The notes: generated from the sequence alone by a model not told the origin. Shown: positions 36,804-47,896, numbered from the stretch's first letter. The stretch: DNA of 64,000 nt from Acidimicrobiales bacterium (GCA_041918615.1 JAYRVH010000054.1:5757-69756); one strand, 5' to 3'. Made by a program: numbers and translations.

Positions 36804-37438
36804 CGCACCTCGCCTTCGCCCGTGGAAGCGCCAGGGCCCGGAGCCAGAGCCCGCTGCACGACGACCCACACCCGTTCGGCCACATCGTCAACCTCGCCGG
36901 TGCCGTCGACCACCACCCAGCGATCGGGGTCCGCGGCGGCGAGCGACAAGAAGCCCGCGACCACCAGCCGGTGGAAGCCGCCGCCCACTTCCTCCATGCG
37001 GTCACGCTCGTCGCCCAGGCGGGCCTCGGCGACGGCCTCGGGCACGTCCAGCAGCACCACCAGGTCGGGCCACAGGCCGTCGGTCGCCCACCGCGACAAC
37101 CACTCGACCTCGTCGAGCGGAAGGCCGCGGCCGTAGCTCTGGTAGGCGAGCGACGAGCCCGCGAACCGGTCGGTGACCACGGTGCGTCCGGCGGCGAGCG
37201 CAGGGCGGATCACCTCGGCCACGTGCTGGGCCCGATCGGCCGCCATCAGCAGCGCCTCGGCGCGGTGACCCATCTCCTCGTTGCCGGGGTCGAGCACCAG
37301 GGCCCGGATGCGGCCGCCGATGGCTGTGCCGCCCGGCTCCCGGGTGAGCACGGCGTCGAGCCGCTCGGCCAGCCGGGCCGCCTGGGTGGACTTTCCCGTC
37401 CCCTCGCCCCCCTCGAACGCGATCAGCACGCCGGGCAC
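36800..37438 (-). CDS. tmk: dTMP kinase
   Basis: The GTG at 37438 gives VPGVLIAFEGGEGTGKSTQ (P-loop). TREPGGT and DRF motifs are present. It starts 1 nt after the topA stop. Confidence 0.88.
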   Translation of the reverse strand: MPGVLIAFEGGEGTGKSTQAARLAERLDAVLTREPGGTAIGGRIRALVLDPGNEEMGHRAEALLMAADRAQHVAEVIRPALAAGRTVVTDRFAGSSLAYQSYGRGLPLDEVEWLSRWATDGLWPDLVVLLDVPEAVAEARLGDERDRMEEVGGGFHRLVVAGFLSLAAADPDRWVVVDGTGEVDDVAERVWVVVQRALAPGPGASTGEGEVR

Positions 37439-37439
37439 G

Positions 37440-40157
37440 TCAGGTGGGTCTCTTGGCCGCGGCCTTGCGCTTGGCCGGGGCCTTCTTCGCGCTCTTCCTC
37501 TTGGCCGGGGCCTTCTTCTTGGCCGCAGCCTTCTTCTTGGTGGCCTTCTTCTTCTTGGCCGGGCCACGGGCCCGGCGGTCGGCCAGGAGCTCGCTGGCCC
37601 GCTCGATCGTGATCTCCTCGACCGTGTCGCCCTTGCGGAGCGACGCGTTGCTCTCACCATCGGTGACGTAGGGCCCGAAGCGCCCGTCCTTCAAGACGAC
37701 GGGCAGATCGGTGGCCGGATCGACACCCACCTCGCGCAGCGGCGCCGCTGCGGTCTGGCCCCGGCCGCGCTTGGGCTCGGCCAGTATCTTCAGGCAGTCC
37801 TCGAGGGTGACCGTGAACAGCTGGTCCTCGGTCTGGAGGCTTCGGCTGTCGTTCGCCTTCTTGAGGTAGGGCCCGTAGCGGCCATTCTGCACCGTGATCT
37901 CGACGCCGTCGGCGGGGTCGGCGCCCACCACCCGGGGCAGGCTCAACAGCCGCAGCGCCTCGTCGAGCGTGATGGTGTCGAGGCTCATGTCCTTGAACAG
38001 CGATGCCGTGCGAGGCTTGGCCCCGCCGTCGACCAGTTCGCCGAGCTGGACGTACGGGCCGAATCGCCCCGCCTTGGCCAACACGGGGAACCCGGTCCCG
38101 GGGTCGACGCCGACCTCGCGGTCCCCACTCGGCGCGTCGAGCAGCTCATTGGCGCGATCGAGGGTGAGCTCGTCGGGCACGATGTCGTCGGGGATGCTGA
38201 CGGTCTGTTCCTCGCCGCCCGGCTCACCGGCAGTGACGGGCGCTGCTTCGGTCCGGGCCAGGTAGGGGCCGAACTTGCCGACGCGGGCCACGATCGACCG
38301 CCCCTCGCCGTCGATCCCCAGCGGGATCGAGCTCACCGCCCGCGCGTCGATGTCCCCCAATCGCTCGGACACCATGGTCTTCAGCCCGGGAGCACCATTG
38401 CCGAAGTAGAAGTTGCTCAGCCACGGGACGGCCTCGGCGGTGCCGTCGGCGATGCTGTCGAGGTCGTCCTCCATGCGGGCGGTGAACGCGTAGTCGACCA
38501 GGTCGGGGAAGTGCGTCTCGAGCAGCGTGACGACGGCGAAGGCGGTGAACGACGGGACGAGCGCGCTGCCCTTCTTCCAGACGTACTCGCGGTCGATGAT
38601 CGTGGTGATCGTGGCCGCGTAGGTGGAGGGACGGCCCACGCCCAGCTCCTCGAGGCGGCGCACGAGTGAGGCCTCGGTGAAGCGCGCCGGGGGTTGGGTC
38701 TCGTGGCCCTTGGGCTCGAGGCGCTCGGCGGTGAGGCGCCCGCCCTCGACGAGCGGCGGCAGGATCCTGTCCTTGTCCTCGAGCTCGCTGTCGGGGTCGT
38801 CGCTGCCCTCGACGTAGGCCCGAAGGAAGCCGGGGAACAGGATCGTGCGGCCCGACGCGGAGAACTCGGCATCGCGGCCCGCCGACGAGGTGGCACCGAG
38901 TCGCACCGACATCGACTCGCCGCGGGCGTCGGTCATCTGCGACGCCACCGTGCGCGCCCAGATCAGCTCGTAGAGGCGGAAGCTGTCGTTGTCGAGTTGG
39001 CTGCGCAGCTGCTCGGGGGTGCGGAACGAGTCGCCCGCGGGTCGGATGGCCTCGTGTGCCTCCTGGGCGTTCTTCACCTTGCGGGTGTAACGGCGGGGCG
39101 TGTCGGGCAGGTAGTCCTTGCCGTACTTCTCCAGGATCTGGGTGCGCGCCGCGTTGAGGGCCGCGTCGGACAGCGTGGTGCTGTCGGTGCGCATGTAGGT
39201 GATGTGCCCGTTCTCGTAGAGCCGTTGGGCGATGGCCATGGCGCGCGACGACGAGAACCGCAGCTTGCGGCCCGCCTCCTGTTGCAGGGTGGAGGTCATG
39301 AACGGCGGCGCCGGCTTGCGGGTGTAGGGCTTGGCCTCCACCGAGCGCACCGAGAACGAAGCGCCCTCGAGCTCTGCCACCAGGGTCGTCGCCCCGTCCC
39401 GGTCGAGCACCAGCACGTCGGTCGAGGTGACCGAGCCCGACTCGTCGAAGTCGCGTCCCGATGCCACACGCGCGCCGTCGACGGCAACGAGCGTCGCGTC
39501 GAATTCGTCGAGACCGCCCTCGGGCGAGAAGGTGCCGTCGATGTCCCAGTAGCCGGCGGCGTTGAAGCGCATCCGTGCACGCTCACGCTCGACCACCAGG
39601 CGCGTGGCCACGCTCTGGACCCTGCCGGCCGACAAGCCGGTGCGGATCTTCTTCCAGAGCACGGGTGAGACCTCGTAGCCGAAGAGGCGATCGAGGATGC
39701 GACGGGCCTCCTGGGCGTCGACCAGGCGCCGGTCGAGGTCACGCGGCTCGTCGATGGCCCGCTGGATCGCCTCGGGCGTGATCTCGTGGAAGACCATCCG
39801 GCGCACCGGCACCCGGGGGTTGAGCACCTCGAGCAGATGCCACGCGATGGCCTCGCCTTCGCGGTCCTCATCCGTCGCGAGAAAGACCTCGTCCGCATCC
39901 TTGAGCGCCCGCTTCAGGTCGCGGACCACGTCCTTCTTGCCTGGCGAAACCACATAGAGCGGCTTGAAGTCGTTGTCGACATCGACGCCCAACCTGGCCC
40001 AGGGCTCGCCCTTGAAGGCGGCGGGCACGTCGGCCGCCTTCTGGGGCAGGTCGCGCACGTGGCCCACCGAGGACTCCACGACGTAGCCGTCGCCGAGATA
40101 GCCGGCGATTGTGCGCGCTTTGGCGGGAGACTCGACGATCACGAGACGGGAGGTCAC
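37440..40157 (-). CDS. topA: DNA topoisomerase I with Lys/Ala-rich C-terminal tail
   Basis: 905 aa. Toprim N-terminus ([13 protein letters not shown]), catalytic region (ITYMRTDS), and C-terminal repeated domains ending in [21 protein letters not shown]. Confidence 0.97.
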   Translation of the reverse strand: MTSRLVIVESPAKARTIAGYLGDGYVVESSVGHVRDLPQKAADVPAAFKGEPWARLGVDVDNDFKPLYVVSPGKKDVVRDLKRALKDADEVFLATDEDREGEAIAWHLLEVLNPRVPVRRMVFHEITPEAIQRAIDEPRDLDRRLVDAQEARRILDRLFGYEVSPVLWKKIRTGLSAGRVQSVATRLVVERERARMRFNAAGYWDIDGTFSPEGGLDEFDATLVAVDGARVASGRDFDESGSVTSTDVLVLDRDGATTLVAELEGASFSVRSVEAKPYTRKPAPPFMTSTLQQEAGRKLRFSSSRAMAIAQRLYENGHITYMRTDSTTLSDAALNAARTQILEKYGKDYLPDTPRRYTRKVKNAQEAHEAIRPAGDSFRTPEQLRSQLDNDSFRLYELIWARTVASQMTDARGESMSVRLGATSSAGRDAEFSASGRTILFPGFLRAYVEGSDDPDSELEDKDRILPPLVEGGRLTAERLEPKGHETQPPARFTEASLVRRLEELGVGRPSTYAATITTIIDREYVWKKGSALVPSFTAFAVVTLLETHFPDLVDYAFTARMEDDLDSIADGTAEAVPWLSNFYFGNGAPGLKTMVSERLGDIDARAVSSIPLGIDGEGRSIVARVGKFGPYLARTEAAPVTAGEPGGEEQTVSIPDDIVPDELTLDRANELLDAPSGDREVGVDPGTGFPVLAKAGRFGPYVQLGELVDGGAKPRTASLFKDMSLDTITLDEALRLLSLPRVVGADPADGVEITVQNGRYGPYLKKANDSRSLQTEDQLFTVTLEDCLKILAEPKRGRGQTAAAPLREVGVDPATDLPVVLKDGRFGPYVTDGESNASLRKGDTVEEITIERASELLADRRARGPAKKKKATKKKAAAKKKAPAKRKSAKKAPAKRKAAAKRPT

Positions 40158-40229
40158 GAGCGCAAGGTAAGGACGCCTTCCCTACCGGTGTCAACACCGC
40201 GTTCCCGTGGGCCTCCTAGATTGACCGCC

Positions 40230-41441
40230 ATGGACTTCGCCCTCAGCCCCACGGCCCAGGCCCTCCAGGAACGCCTTCTGGCGTTCATGGACGACCACGT
40301 CTACCCCGCCGAGGCCGTGTGGGAAGACCAGATGTCGGCCTCGGGCGACCCGCACTTCCACGCCCCGATCGTCGAGGACCTGAAGACCGAGGCGCGGGCC
40401 CAGGGCCTCTGGAACCTCTTCCTCCCCCACAAGACCCAGTGGACCGACGGGCTCTCCAACGTCGACTACGCGCCGCTCGCCGAGATCCTCGGGCGCAGCC
40501 ACATCGCCTCCGAGGCCCTGAACTGCTCGGCGCCCGACACCGGCAACATGGAGATCCTCACGATGTTCGGCACCCCCGTCCAGCAGGAGCAGTGGCTGCA
40601 GCCCCTGCTCGAGGGCGAGATCCGGTCTTGCTTCGCCATGACCGAGCCCGCGGTCGCCAGCTCGGACGCCACCAACATCTCGTGCCGCATCGAGCGCCAG
40701 GGCGACGAGTACGCGATCAACGGGCGCAAGTGGTGGATCTCCGGCGCGGCCACCGACCGCTGCAAGGTCGCCATCCTGATGGGCAAGACCGACCCAGACG
40801 CCTCACCCCATCGCCAGCAGTCGATGGTGCTCGTGCCCCTCGACACCCCCGGCCTCACCATCGTCCGCGACCTCCCCGTGTTCGGCTACAACGACCAGGA
40901 GGGCCACTGCGAGCTGCTCTTCGAGGACTGCCGCGTGCCCGCCGGCAACCTGCTCGGCGAAGAGGGCGGCGGCTTCGCCATCGCACAGGCCCGCCTGGGC
41001 CCGGGCCGCATCCACCACTGCATGCGGGCCATCGGCGCGGCCGAGCGGGCGCTCGAGGCCATGTGCCGGCGGGTCCAGGCCCGTGTCGCGTTCGGCAAGA
41101 AGCTGGCCGAACAGGGCGTGATCCAGGAGTGGATCGCCGACTCGCGCATCGAGATCGAACAGGCCCGCCTCCTCACCATGAAGACGGCCTGGCTCATGGA
41201 CACCGTGGGCAACAAGGGCGCCCGTGTCGAGGTGTCGGCCATCAAGGTGGCGGTGCCCAACATGGCCCTGCGGGTGATCGACCGGGCCATCCAGGCCCAC
41301 GGTGCCGGCGGCGTGTCCCAGGACTTCCCCCTGGCGTCGATGTACGCGCACATCCGCACCCTCCGACTGGCCGACGGACCCGACGAGGTGCACCGCATGA
41401 CCATCGCCCGCCGTGAGCTCCGGCGGTACGAGTCGGTGTAG
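40230..41441 (+). CDS. acyl-CoA dehydrogenase (ACAD10/11-like)
   Basis: ATG at 40230 ([16 protein letters not shown]). CFAMTEP, WWISGA and the C-terminal ADGPDEVH motif. Confidence 0.92.
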   Translation: MDFALSPTAQALQERLLAFMDDHVYPAEAVWEDQMSASGDPHFHAPIVEDLKTEARAQGLWNLFLPHKTQWTDGLSNVDYAPLAEILGRSHIASEALNCSAPDTGNMEILTMFGTPVQQEQWLQPLLEGEIRSCFAMTEPAVASSDATNISCRIERQGDEYAINGRKWWISGAATDRCKVAILMGKTDPDASPHRQQSMVLVPLDTPGLTIVRDLPVFGYNDQEGHCELLFEDCRVPAGNLLGEEGGGFAIAQARLGPGRIHHCMRAIGAAERALEAMCRRVQARVAFGKKLAEQGVIQEWIADSRIEIEQARLLTMKTAWLMDTVGNKGARVEVSAIKVAVPNMALRVIDRAIQAHGAGGVSQDFPLASMYAHIRTLRLADGPDEVHRMTIARRELRRYESV

Positions 41442-41504
41442 GCCTGCCCGCTTCGGGCCTGCGGCGTCGGGGTCCACGCCCAGCTCGCCTGATCCGTCGT
41501 TTGC

Positions 41505-41541
41505 GAGGCAATGCCGGTCGGTTTCCGACCGCCATTGCCTC
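41505..41541. terminator. 17-bp-stem palindromic hairpin, second copy of the GAGGCAA...TTGCCTC element
   Basis: GAGGCAATGCCGGTCGG-ttt-CCGACCGCCATTGCCTC with one mismatch. It lies in the convergent gap between the ACAD stop (41441) and the nhaA stop (41540). Confidence 0.5.
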
Positions 41542-42892
41542 AGGTTCGGCGGGTGTCCTTGGCCGCCAGCTTTCGGGGGTAGTGGTAGTGGCTGGCGGTG
41601 CTGAGGATGAGGAAGCCGATGACCGCAGCCAGGGCGCTGGCGAGGAGGATGGCGAGCTTGGCGTCGGCCTGGAGCAGGGGGTCGTCGAAGGCCAGGTCGG
41701 TGATGAAGAGCGACACGCTGAAGCCGATGCCGGCGACCGCGGCGATGCCGATGACCTGCGACCAGCGGACGCCCTCGGGCAGGTCGACCCCCGGCAGGCG
41801 GGTGGCCAGCCAGGCAAAGGTGGTGATGCCGACGAGCTTGCCCACGACCAGGCCGGCGACGATGCCCACCAGGACGGGCGACACATCTCGCATGGGGCCG
41901 GCCGTGAGCGGGACGCCGGCATTGGCCAGGGCGAAGACCGGGATGATCAGGAAGCTGGTCCACGGGTGCAACGCGTGCTCGATGCGCTCCGCCGGCGAGA
42001 CCGACTCCCTGATCAGCCGAGCCGTGCGGTGGACGTCCTCGGCCTTGAGGTCGTCGCGTCCCTCGAGCTCGTCGACGATGGCCTCGGCCTCGAACTCCTT
42101 CTGGAACGGCTTCGCGGGGGTGAGCAGGCCGAGGATGACACCGGCGATGGTGGCGTGCACCCCCGACTCGAACATCGACAGCCACAGGGCGGACCCCAGG
42201 GCGACGTACACCGGCAGGTATCGAACGTGGGCCCGCCGCAGCAACACGACCGCGAGCGACAGGACCACGGCGTCGGCGAGCCAGCCCAGGCTCACCGTCT
42301 CGGTGTAGAAGACGGCGATGACGACGATGGCGCCGATGTCGTCGACGATGGCGAGGGTCAGCAGGAAGACCTTGAGCCGTGGCGGCACCCGGCTGCCGAA
42401 CACGGCCACCAGCGCGAGCGCGAAGGCGATGTCGGTGGCCATGGGGATGCCCCAGCCGTCCGCCCCGACGCCGCCGGCGTTGACGGCCAGGAAGATGGCC
42501 GCGGGCACGATCATCCCGCCCAGGGCCGCGATGCCGGGCAGCACCGCCGCTGACCGCTCGCGCAGCTCGCCGGCCACGAGCTCGCGCTTGATCTCGAGGC
42601 CGACCACGAAGAAGAAGATGGCCATCAGGCCGTCGTTCACCCAGTGGGTGAGGTCGTCGGTGATGGAGAAGTTGCCGACGGTGACCGAGATCTCGGTGTG
42701 CCAGAAGTCGACGTAGGACTGGTCCCAGGGAGAGTTGGCCCACACCAGCGCCACCACGGTCGCGGCGAGGAGGAAGACCCCGCCGGCAGCCTCGATCTCG
42801 AGGAACGAGGCCAGCGGCCGCCCCAACGCCCGGGCGAGGGGGCGGTCGGACTCCAGCCAGGTCGCTCGAAACGGGGTGGACCTCGTGGACAC
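41540..42892 (-). CDS. nhaA: Na+/H+ antiporter NhaA
   Basis: 450 aa multi-pass protein. N-terminal FLEIEAAGGVFLLAATVVALVWANSPW and the LAIVDDIGAI motif are typical of NhaA. Confidence 0.93.
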   Translation of the reverse strand: MSTRSTPFRATWLESDRPLARALGRPLASFLEIEAAGGVFLLAATVVALVWANSPWDQSYVDFWHTEISVTVGNFSITDDLTHWVNDGLMAIFFFVVGLEIKRELVAGELRERSAAVLPGIAALGGMIVPAAIFLAVNAGGVGADGWGIPMATDIAFALALVAVFGSRVPPRLKVFLLTLAIVDDIGAIVVIAVFYTETVSLGWLADAVVLSLAVVLLRRAHVRYLPVYVALGSALWLSMFESGVHATIAGVILGLLTPAKPFQKEFEAEAIVDELEGRDDLKAEDVHRTARLIRESVSPAERIEHALHPWTSFLIIPVFALANAGVPLTAGPMRDVSPVLVGIVAGLVVGKLVGITTFAWLATRLPGVDLPEGVRWSQVIGIAAVAGIGFSVSLFITDLAFDDPLLQADAKLAILLASALAAVIGFLILSTASHYHYPRKLAAKDTRRT

Positions 42893-42990
42893 GTTCGACT
42901 CCTGGGCAGCGGGTGGCGTCTGCCGACCAGGCTTCCCGGCGCTCCCGCTCCCAGGTTAGGGCACCCACGCCGTCGCGGGGACGCCGTGGG

Positions 42991-43980
42991 TCAGGCGGCA
43001 GGCGGGGTGAAACAGGTGCGAAGGAAGCGGGTGAGGGGCGGGGTCATCACACGGTCACCGGGCGCGCCGATGCGGGAGCTGACCTGGCCGTGGTTCAGGG
43101 AACGGGCGTCGACGGCGACGGTCTCGCCGCCGGCCTGGCGCACGGCCCGCAGGTAGTCGAGCTCGATGGCCTGCCGGCGCGGCCCGCCGCGGTAGACCGC
43201 CAGCGTGTCGGGCGGCGTGGTCGGGTCACCGGAGCGCAGCAGCAACGTGGCCGAGGTCTCCGTCGCGTAGTCGGGGTTGTTGCCGAGGGCGTCGACCCAC
43301 ATGGGCCGCCCGCGCGGCGCCGCAGTCGGTTTGTCGAAGCCCTCGGTGTCGAGCGGCGCGAGGCACTCGATGAGGCCTGCAGATGCGCCCTGGTCCGCCA
43401 GGTAGGAGGGCTCGGCAGCCACGTTGGCCACGATGTCACCGCCGGCCGAGTGGCCGAGGAGGGCGAGGTGACCGGCGTCGCCGCCGTAGTCCGCGATGTT
43501 GTCCTCGACCCACGCCAAGGCCGCCGCCACGTCCTCGTAGTGGTCGGGGAAGTGGGCAGAGTCGGCGTCACCGCGCACCGTGAGGCGGTAGTTGACGCTG
43601 ACGAGGATCCAGCCCTTGCGGTTGAAGAGGGCCACCTTGTCACGCATGCCCTGAGCCTTGTCCCCGCGGTGGTAACCGCCGCCGTGCACCCACACCACCA
43701 CCGGAGCCTCGCAGGCGTCAGCAGGGGCGTGGACGTCGAGGCTCGTGGCGTTGCGGGCCACGCCGGCGATGCGCCGGTAGGCGACCGTGGTCGCCCGCCC
43801 GTCCTGGGCGCAGCCGGCCTGGGCGGGCGACGAAGCGGCGGCACCCGTGGGAACCGCGGAGGACGTCGGCCCCGAGGCCGAGGAAGTGGAGGTCGAGGCC
43901 GACGCGGGCGCGCCGGTCGAGGTGCAGGCCACGGCGAGGGCCAGGACGGTCCCGATCAAGAGGAGGTGGGCTCGCCGCAT
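42991..43980 (-). CDS. lipoprotein carboxylesterase/lipase (alpha/beta hydrolase)
   Basis: Signal plus lipobox MRRAHLLLIGTVLALAVAC. HGGGY oxyanion motif and GHSAGG nucleophile elbow. Confidence 0.8.
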   Translation of the reverse strand: MRRAHLLLIGTVLALAVACTSTGAPASASTSTSSASGPTSSAVPTGAAASSPAQAGCAQDGRATTVAYRRIAGVARNATSLDVHAPADACEAPVVVWVHGGGYHRGDKAQGMRDKVALFNRKGWILVSVNYRLTVRGDADSAHFPDHYEDVAAALAWVEDNIADYGGDAGHLALLGHSAGGDIVANVAAEPSYLADQGASAGLIECLAPLDTEGFDKPTAAPRGRPMWVDALGNNPDYATETSATLLLRSGDPTTPPDTLAVYRGGPRRQAIELDYLRAVRQAGGETVAVDARSLNHGQVSSRIGAPGDRVMTPPLTRFLRTCFTPPAA

Positions 43981-44073
43981 GCACCCGATCGTATTCCGGC
44001 ACCTTGAGCCTCGCGGGAGACTCCCAACAGTGGACGCCCTGAGAATCGCCGAAGAACACGCTGCCCAGTGCGC

Positions 44074-44508
44074 TCAGCGCCGCTTGGTGGAGTAGACGAC
44101 CAGGCGAACTGCGGTGCCCTCCGGCGACACGCGGAACTCGGTCTCGTCGGCCACCTCACGCATCAAGGTGATGCCGAGGCCCCGCTCGTGGTCCAGTCGG
44201 GCGGGGTCCGTGACTGCGGGCAGGTCGCTCAGGTCGGCCAGGTCGAAGCCACCCCCCTGGTCCTCCACCTCGACCTCGATGCGGTCCTCGGCCAGGTCAC
44301 ACCGCACGACGATCCGGTCGTCGCCGTCCCCGCCCGAGGCGTGCGCCTCGATGGCGTTCGTGCAGGCCTCGGACACGGCGAGTCGGAGGTCGTTGATGCG
44401 CTCGTCGGGAAAGGTGGGCTCGATCGACGCGGCCGTCGTGACCACCATGCGGGCCACTTCGAGGAAGTCGGCCCTGGCCGGGATCTCGAGCTCGACAACC
44501 TGTCCCAT
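44074..44508 (-). CDS. anti-sigma factor, RsbW/SpoIIAB-like serine kinase (HATPase_c)
   Basis: 144 aa with N-box LAVSEACTNAIEH-like (EACTNAIEAH) and G-boxes DQGGGFD and GLGITLM. Confidence 0.85.
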   Translation of the reverse strand: MGQVVELEIPARADFLEVARMVVTTAASIEPTFPDERINDLRLAVSEACTNAIEAHASGGDGDDRIVVRCDLAEDRIEVEVEDQGGGFDLADLSDLPAVTDPARLDHERGLGITLMREVADETEFRVSPEGTAVRLVVYSTKRR

Positions 44509-44512
44509 GGCG

Positions 44513-44872
44513 TCAGGCCGCCCCGTCGGCCGAGGTGGCGTCGCCCGTGGCGTCCCCGACGCCCGCCCGGATGTCGAACACCTGGTCGAGGCCGGTGATC
44601 TCGAAGAGCTCGACGATGTGAGGGGTCGTGCAGACGACCCGCAGCTCGCCGCCCGCGGCCCGCACCCGCCGCTGCACGCCGACCAGCACGCCCAGCCCGG
44701 TGGAGTCGAGGAAGTCGACGGCCTCGAGGTCGATCACCATCCGGTGGTGCCCTTGGGCGACCAGGGCGATGGTCTGCTCGCGGAGCTTCGGGGCGGTGGC
44801 CACGTCGACCTCGCCGGCCACCGCCACCACCGACCACTCGCCCACCGCTGCGACATTGACCTCGAACTGCAC
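44513..44872 (-). CDS. STAS-domain anti-anti-sigma factor (RsbV/SpoIIAA-like)
   Basis: Putative GTG at 44872. The pattern VVAVAGEVDVATAPKLRE ... VIDLEAVDFLDSTGLGVLV contains the conserved phosphorylatable DSTG Ser. Confidence 0.85.
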   Translation of the reverse strand: MQFEVNVAAVGEWSVVAVAGEVDVATAPKLREQTIALVAQGHHRMVIDLEAVDFLDSTGLGVLVGVQRRVRAAGGELRVVCTTPHIVELFEITGLDQVFDIRAGVGDATGDATSADGAA

Positions 44873-45041
44873 GTCGACTCTCGGCTCCTCGCTACCCGTC
44901 GAATCGCTGACCCGCCCGCGGACGGGCTCGTCACGCCAGTCACGGTATCCACTCACCGTGCACGTCGGGCCATCCCGGACCGGGTCAGGAACGGGAACAG
45001 CGCTGTAATTACGCCGGCGGGATCCGTAGCATGGCCAGGGC

Positions 45042-47444
45042 ATGGCGCTTCTCGCTCCGGCCCCGATCCCCAGCCTCGACGAGGTGCTCGCCGGGTTGTC
45101 GGGCGCGCCCTCGGGGCCGGGCGGCGACCGACTGGTGCACCTCGAACGACTGCCGGCCCGGGCACCACGCACCGCCGAGCTGGCCCGACCGCTCCCGCCG
45201 GTGGTTCGGGAGCGCCTCGGGGTGGACGCCTTCTGGTCGCACCAGGCCGCGGCCATCGACCTGGCGCGCAGCGGCCGGTCCGTGGCCATCGCCACGGGCA
45301 CGGCGTCGGGCAAGTCGCTCTGCTACCAGGCCCCGATCGCCGAGGCCGCGGCACGCCCCGTGCGTTCGGGCACCGCGCTGTTGGTCTTCCCGACAAAGGC
45401 CCTCGCCCAGGACCAGCTGCGAGCGCTCACCCGGCTCGAGGTCCCGGGCCTGGTGGCCGCCACCTACGACGGCGACTCCTCACCCGAGGAGCGCACCTGG
45501 GCCCGCGCCCACGCCAACGTGCTGCTCACCAACCCCGAGATGCTGCACAACGGCATCCTCCCGCACCACGGTCGGTGGGACACCTTCCTGCTCCGGCTCG
45601 ACTACGTGGTGCTCGACGAGCTCCACCTGCTGCGGGGCATCTTCGGCACCCATGTCGCCCATCTGCTGCGCCGGCTCCGTCGGCTGTGCGCGCACTACGG
45701 CTCGCGACCCACCTTCGTCTTCTCGTCGGCCACGATCGGCGCTCCCGGGCGGCTGGCGTCCGAGCTGTGCGGGCTCGACGTGGCCGAGGTCACCGACGAC
45801 GGCTCGCCCTGCGGCGAGCGGCTGTTCGCACTGTGGAACCCTCCCCTGGCCGACGGGGAGCCGCCGGGGGCCCCACGCACGTCGACCGCGGTCGATCATC
45901 CGGACTTCGACGACACTGGCGGCGACGAGACTGGGGCCGGTGGCGCGGACGGGCCGCGGGTCTCGTCGAACCGCGAGACGGCCACGCTCGTGGCCGAGCT
46001 GATCCGCCAGGGCCGGCGCACCATCGCCTTCTGCCGCAGCCGCAAGGGCACCGAGGTCGTGGCCGCCGACATCCGCCGGCGCCTCCCCGCAGCGCTGGCC
46101 GACGCGGTGCAGGCCTACCGCGGCGGCTACCTCACCGTCGAGCGCAGGGCCATCGAGGACGAGCTGTTCTCGGGCGGCCTGCAGGGCGTCGTCGCCACCA
46201 CCGCCCTCGAGCTGGGTGTCGACATCGGGGGGCTCGACGCCTGCGTGCTGAACGGGTTCCCCGGCACCATCGCCTCGCTCTGGCAGCAGGCGGGCCGCGC
46301 CGGGCGTGAGGCGCAGCAGTCGCTGGCGGTGCTGGTCGCGGGCCAGGACCAGCTCGACCAGTGGCTCATCGCCCACCCTCGGGAAGTGTTCACCCGGCCC
46401 GCCGAGCCGGCGGTCATCAACCCCGCCAACCCGTTCGTCCTCGGGCCCCACCTCGCGTGCGCCGCGTTCGAACTGCCCCTCAGCCATGCCGACGAGGCCT
46501 ACTGGCCGCCCGACGTGCTGGCCGAGGGCGTCCGGGCCCTCGTGCTCGACGACCGGCTCAAGATCCGCCCTCGGGGCCGCGGCACCCGCACCGAGCCCCG
46601 AGCGGTCTGGGCGGCGCGAGGGTGGCCGAGCCGGGGCATCGGGCTCCGGGGCTCGTCGGCCCACGAGTTCCGCATCGCCCTCGCCAACGGCGACCTGGTG
46701 GGCACCGTCGACGAGGGCCGGGCCATGCGCAGCGTGCACCCGGGCGCCACCTACCTGCACCAGGGACGGGCGTACCACGTCGACGACCTCGACCTGGACG
46801 ACCGGGTCGCCCTGGTCTCCCCGTGGGACGGGGGCGACTACACCCAGGCCCGGTCCGAGACCGATGTGCGCGTCCTGGCCACGGACACCCGGCGCACGGT
46901 CGGTGGCACCGGGCTGCACCTGGGATCGATCGAGGTGTGCTCGCAGGTCACCGGCTACCAGCGGCGCGACGCCTTCACCGGCGAGGTGCTCGCCCGAGAG
47001 CGCCTCGACCTGCCTGCCTCCCACCTCGTCACCCGGGCGTTCTGGTACACGGTGCCGCCCCAGTTGCTGGCCGAGGCCGACGTGGGCCTCGCCCATGCGC
47101 CCGGGGCGCTGCACGCGATCGAGCACGCCGCCATCGGGATGCTGCCGCTGTTCACGATCTGCGACCGATGGGACGTGGGTGGGGTGTCGACCCTGCGCCA
47201 GGCCGACACCGGCCTGCCGACGATCGTGATCTACGACGGCTACGCGGGCGGGGCCGGCATCGCCGAGATGGGCTATCAGGTGGCCGACCGCCATCTGGTA
47301 GCCACCCTCGAGGCCATCGCGGGCTGCGGGTGCGGCGACGGCTGCCCCTCGTGCGTGCAGTCACCCAAGTGCGGCAACTTCAACGAGCCGCTCGACAAGG
47401 CCGGCGCCGTTCGACTGCTGCAGGCGATCCTCTCGCCCTGCTGA
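45042..47444 (+). CDS. DEAD/DEAH-box helicase with C-terminal DUF1998 zinc module (MrfA/YprA-like)
   Basis: 800 aa. Walker A TGTASGKS, DELH box, helicase C domain. C-terminal four-Cys cluster CGCGDGCPSCVQSPKCGN. Confidence 0.9.
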   Translation: MALLAPAPIPSLDEVLAGLSGAPSGPGGDRLVHLERLPARAPRTAELARPLPPVVRERLGVDAFWSHQAAAIDLARSGRSVAIATGTASGKSLCYQAPIAEAAARPVRSGTALLVFPTKALAQDQLRALTRLEVPGLVAATYDGDSSPEERTWARAHANVLLTNPEMLHNGILPHHGRWDTFLLRLDYVVLDELHLLRGIFGTHVAHLLRRLRRLCAHYGSRPTFVFSSATIGAPGRLASELCGLDVAEVTDDGSPCGERLFALWNPPLADGEPPGAPRTSTAVDHPDFDDTGGDETGAGGADGPRVSSNRETATLVAELIRQGRRTIAFCRSRKGTEVVAADIRRRLPAALADAVQAYRGGYLTVERRAIEDELFSGGLQGVVATTALELGVDIGGLDACVLNGFPGTIASLWQQAGRAGREAQQSLAVLVAGQDQLDQWLIAHPREVFTRPAEPAVINPANPFVLGPHLACAAFELPLSHADEAYWPPDVLAEGVRALVLDDRLKIRPRGRGTRTEPRAVWAARGWPSRGIGLRGSSAHEFRIALANGDLVGTVDEGRAMRSVHPGATYLHQGRAYHVDDLDLDDRVALVSPWDGGDYTQARSETDVRVLATDTRRTVGGTGLHLGSIEVCSQVTGYQRRDAFTGEVLARERLDLPASHLVTRAFWYTVPPQLLAEADVGLAHAPGALHAIEHAAIGMLPLFTICDRWDVGGVSTLRQADTGLPTIVIYDGYAGGAGIAEMGYQVADRHLVATLEAIAGCGCGDGCPSCVQSPKCGNFNEPLDKAGAVRLLQAILSPC

Positions 47445-47515
47445 GGGCGCGAGCGGACGGGCCGGGAACTGGCGACGATCGCTCGGTCTCTGTTGCCGGC
47501 AGGTGCCGCCCGACC

Positions 47516-47896
47516 TCACTCGACGCGCATGGTCGCACGGGCCGTGAGGCGTGCGTCGCCGATGAGGCGACCGACGAGCGGGACCACGGTGGGGCTCCGA
47601 TAGACGACCTCTGCCTGCACTCGGCTGCCGGACTCCCCCCGTCCCGACACGTCGACGCTGAGCCGTGCGGGGACGAGGTCGGCGGCCGCCCCCGCGGCGT
47701 CCCGCGCGGCCGCGGGGTCGGGGTCGACCGCCGCGACCCGGGCCGCCTCGCGGGCGGCGTGGGTGACCAGCACCTGGTCGCGCACCACCAGGCCCACCTG
47801 CACCACCGCGAGGAGCAGCAGGGCGACGAAGGGCAACAGCAGCGCCACCTCGACCGAGGACTGCCCCCGGTCGAGGTGGCGTGCCGGATGGCTCAC
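47516..47896 (-). CDS. TadE-like pilus assembly (pseudopilin) protein
   Basis: The GTG at 47896 overlaps the flp TGA (GTGA). The N-terminal RGQSSVEVALLLPFVALLLLAVVQ motif is typical of the TadE family. Confidence 0.75.
   Translation of the reverse strand: MSHPARHLDRGQSSVEVALLLPFVALLLLAVVQVGLVVRDQVLVTHAAREAARVAAVDPDPAAARDAAGAAADLVPARLSVDVSGRGESGSRVQAEVVYRSPTVVPLVGRLIGDARLTARATMRVE

Noticed and set aside
37444-37671. 75-aa plus-strand ORF rich in Leu/Ala/Phe (looks membrane-like)
   Set aside because: It is the antisense reading of the Lys/Ala-rich topA tail (AAG/GCC repeats read as CTT/GGC), so it is an artefact of that low-complexity region.
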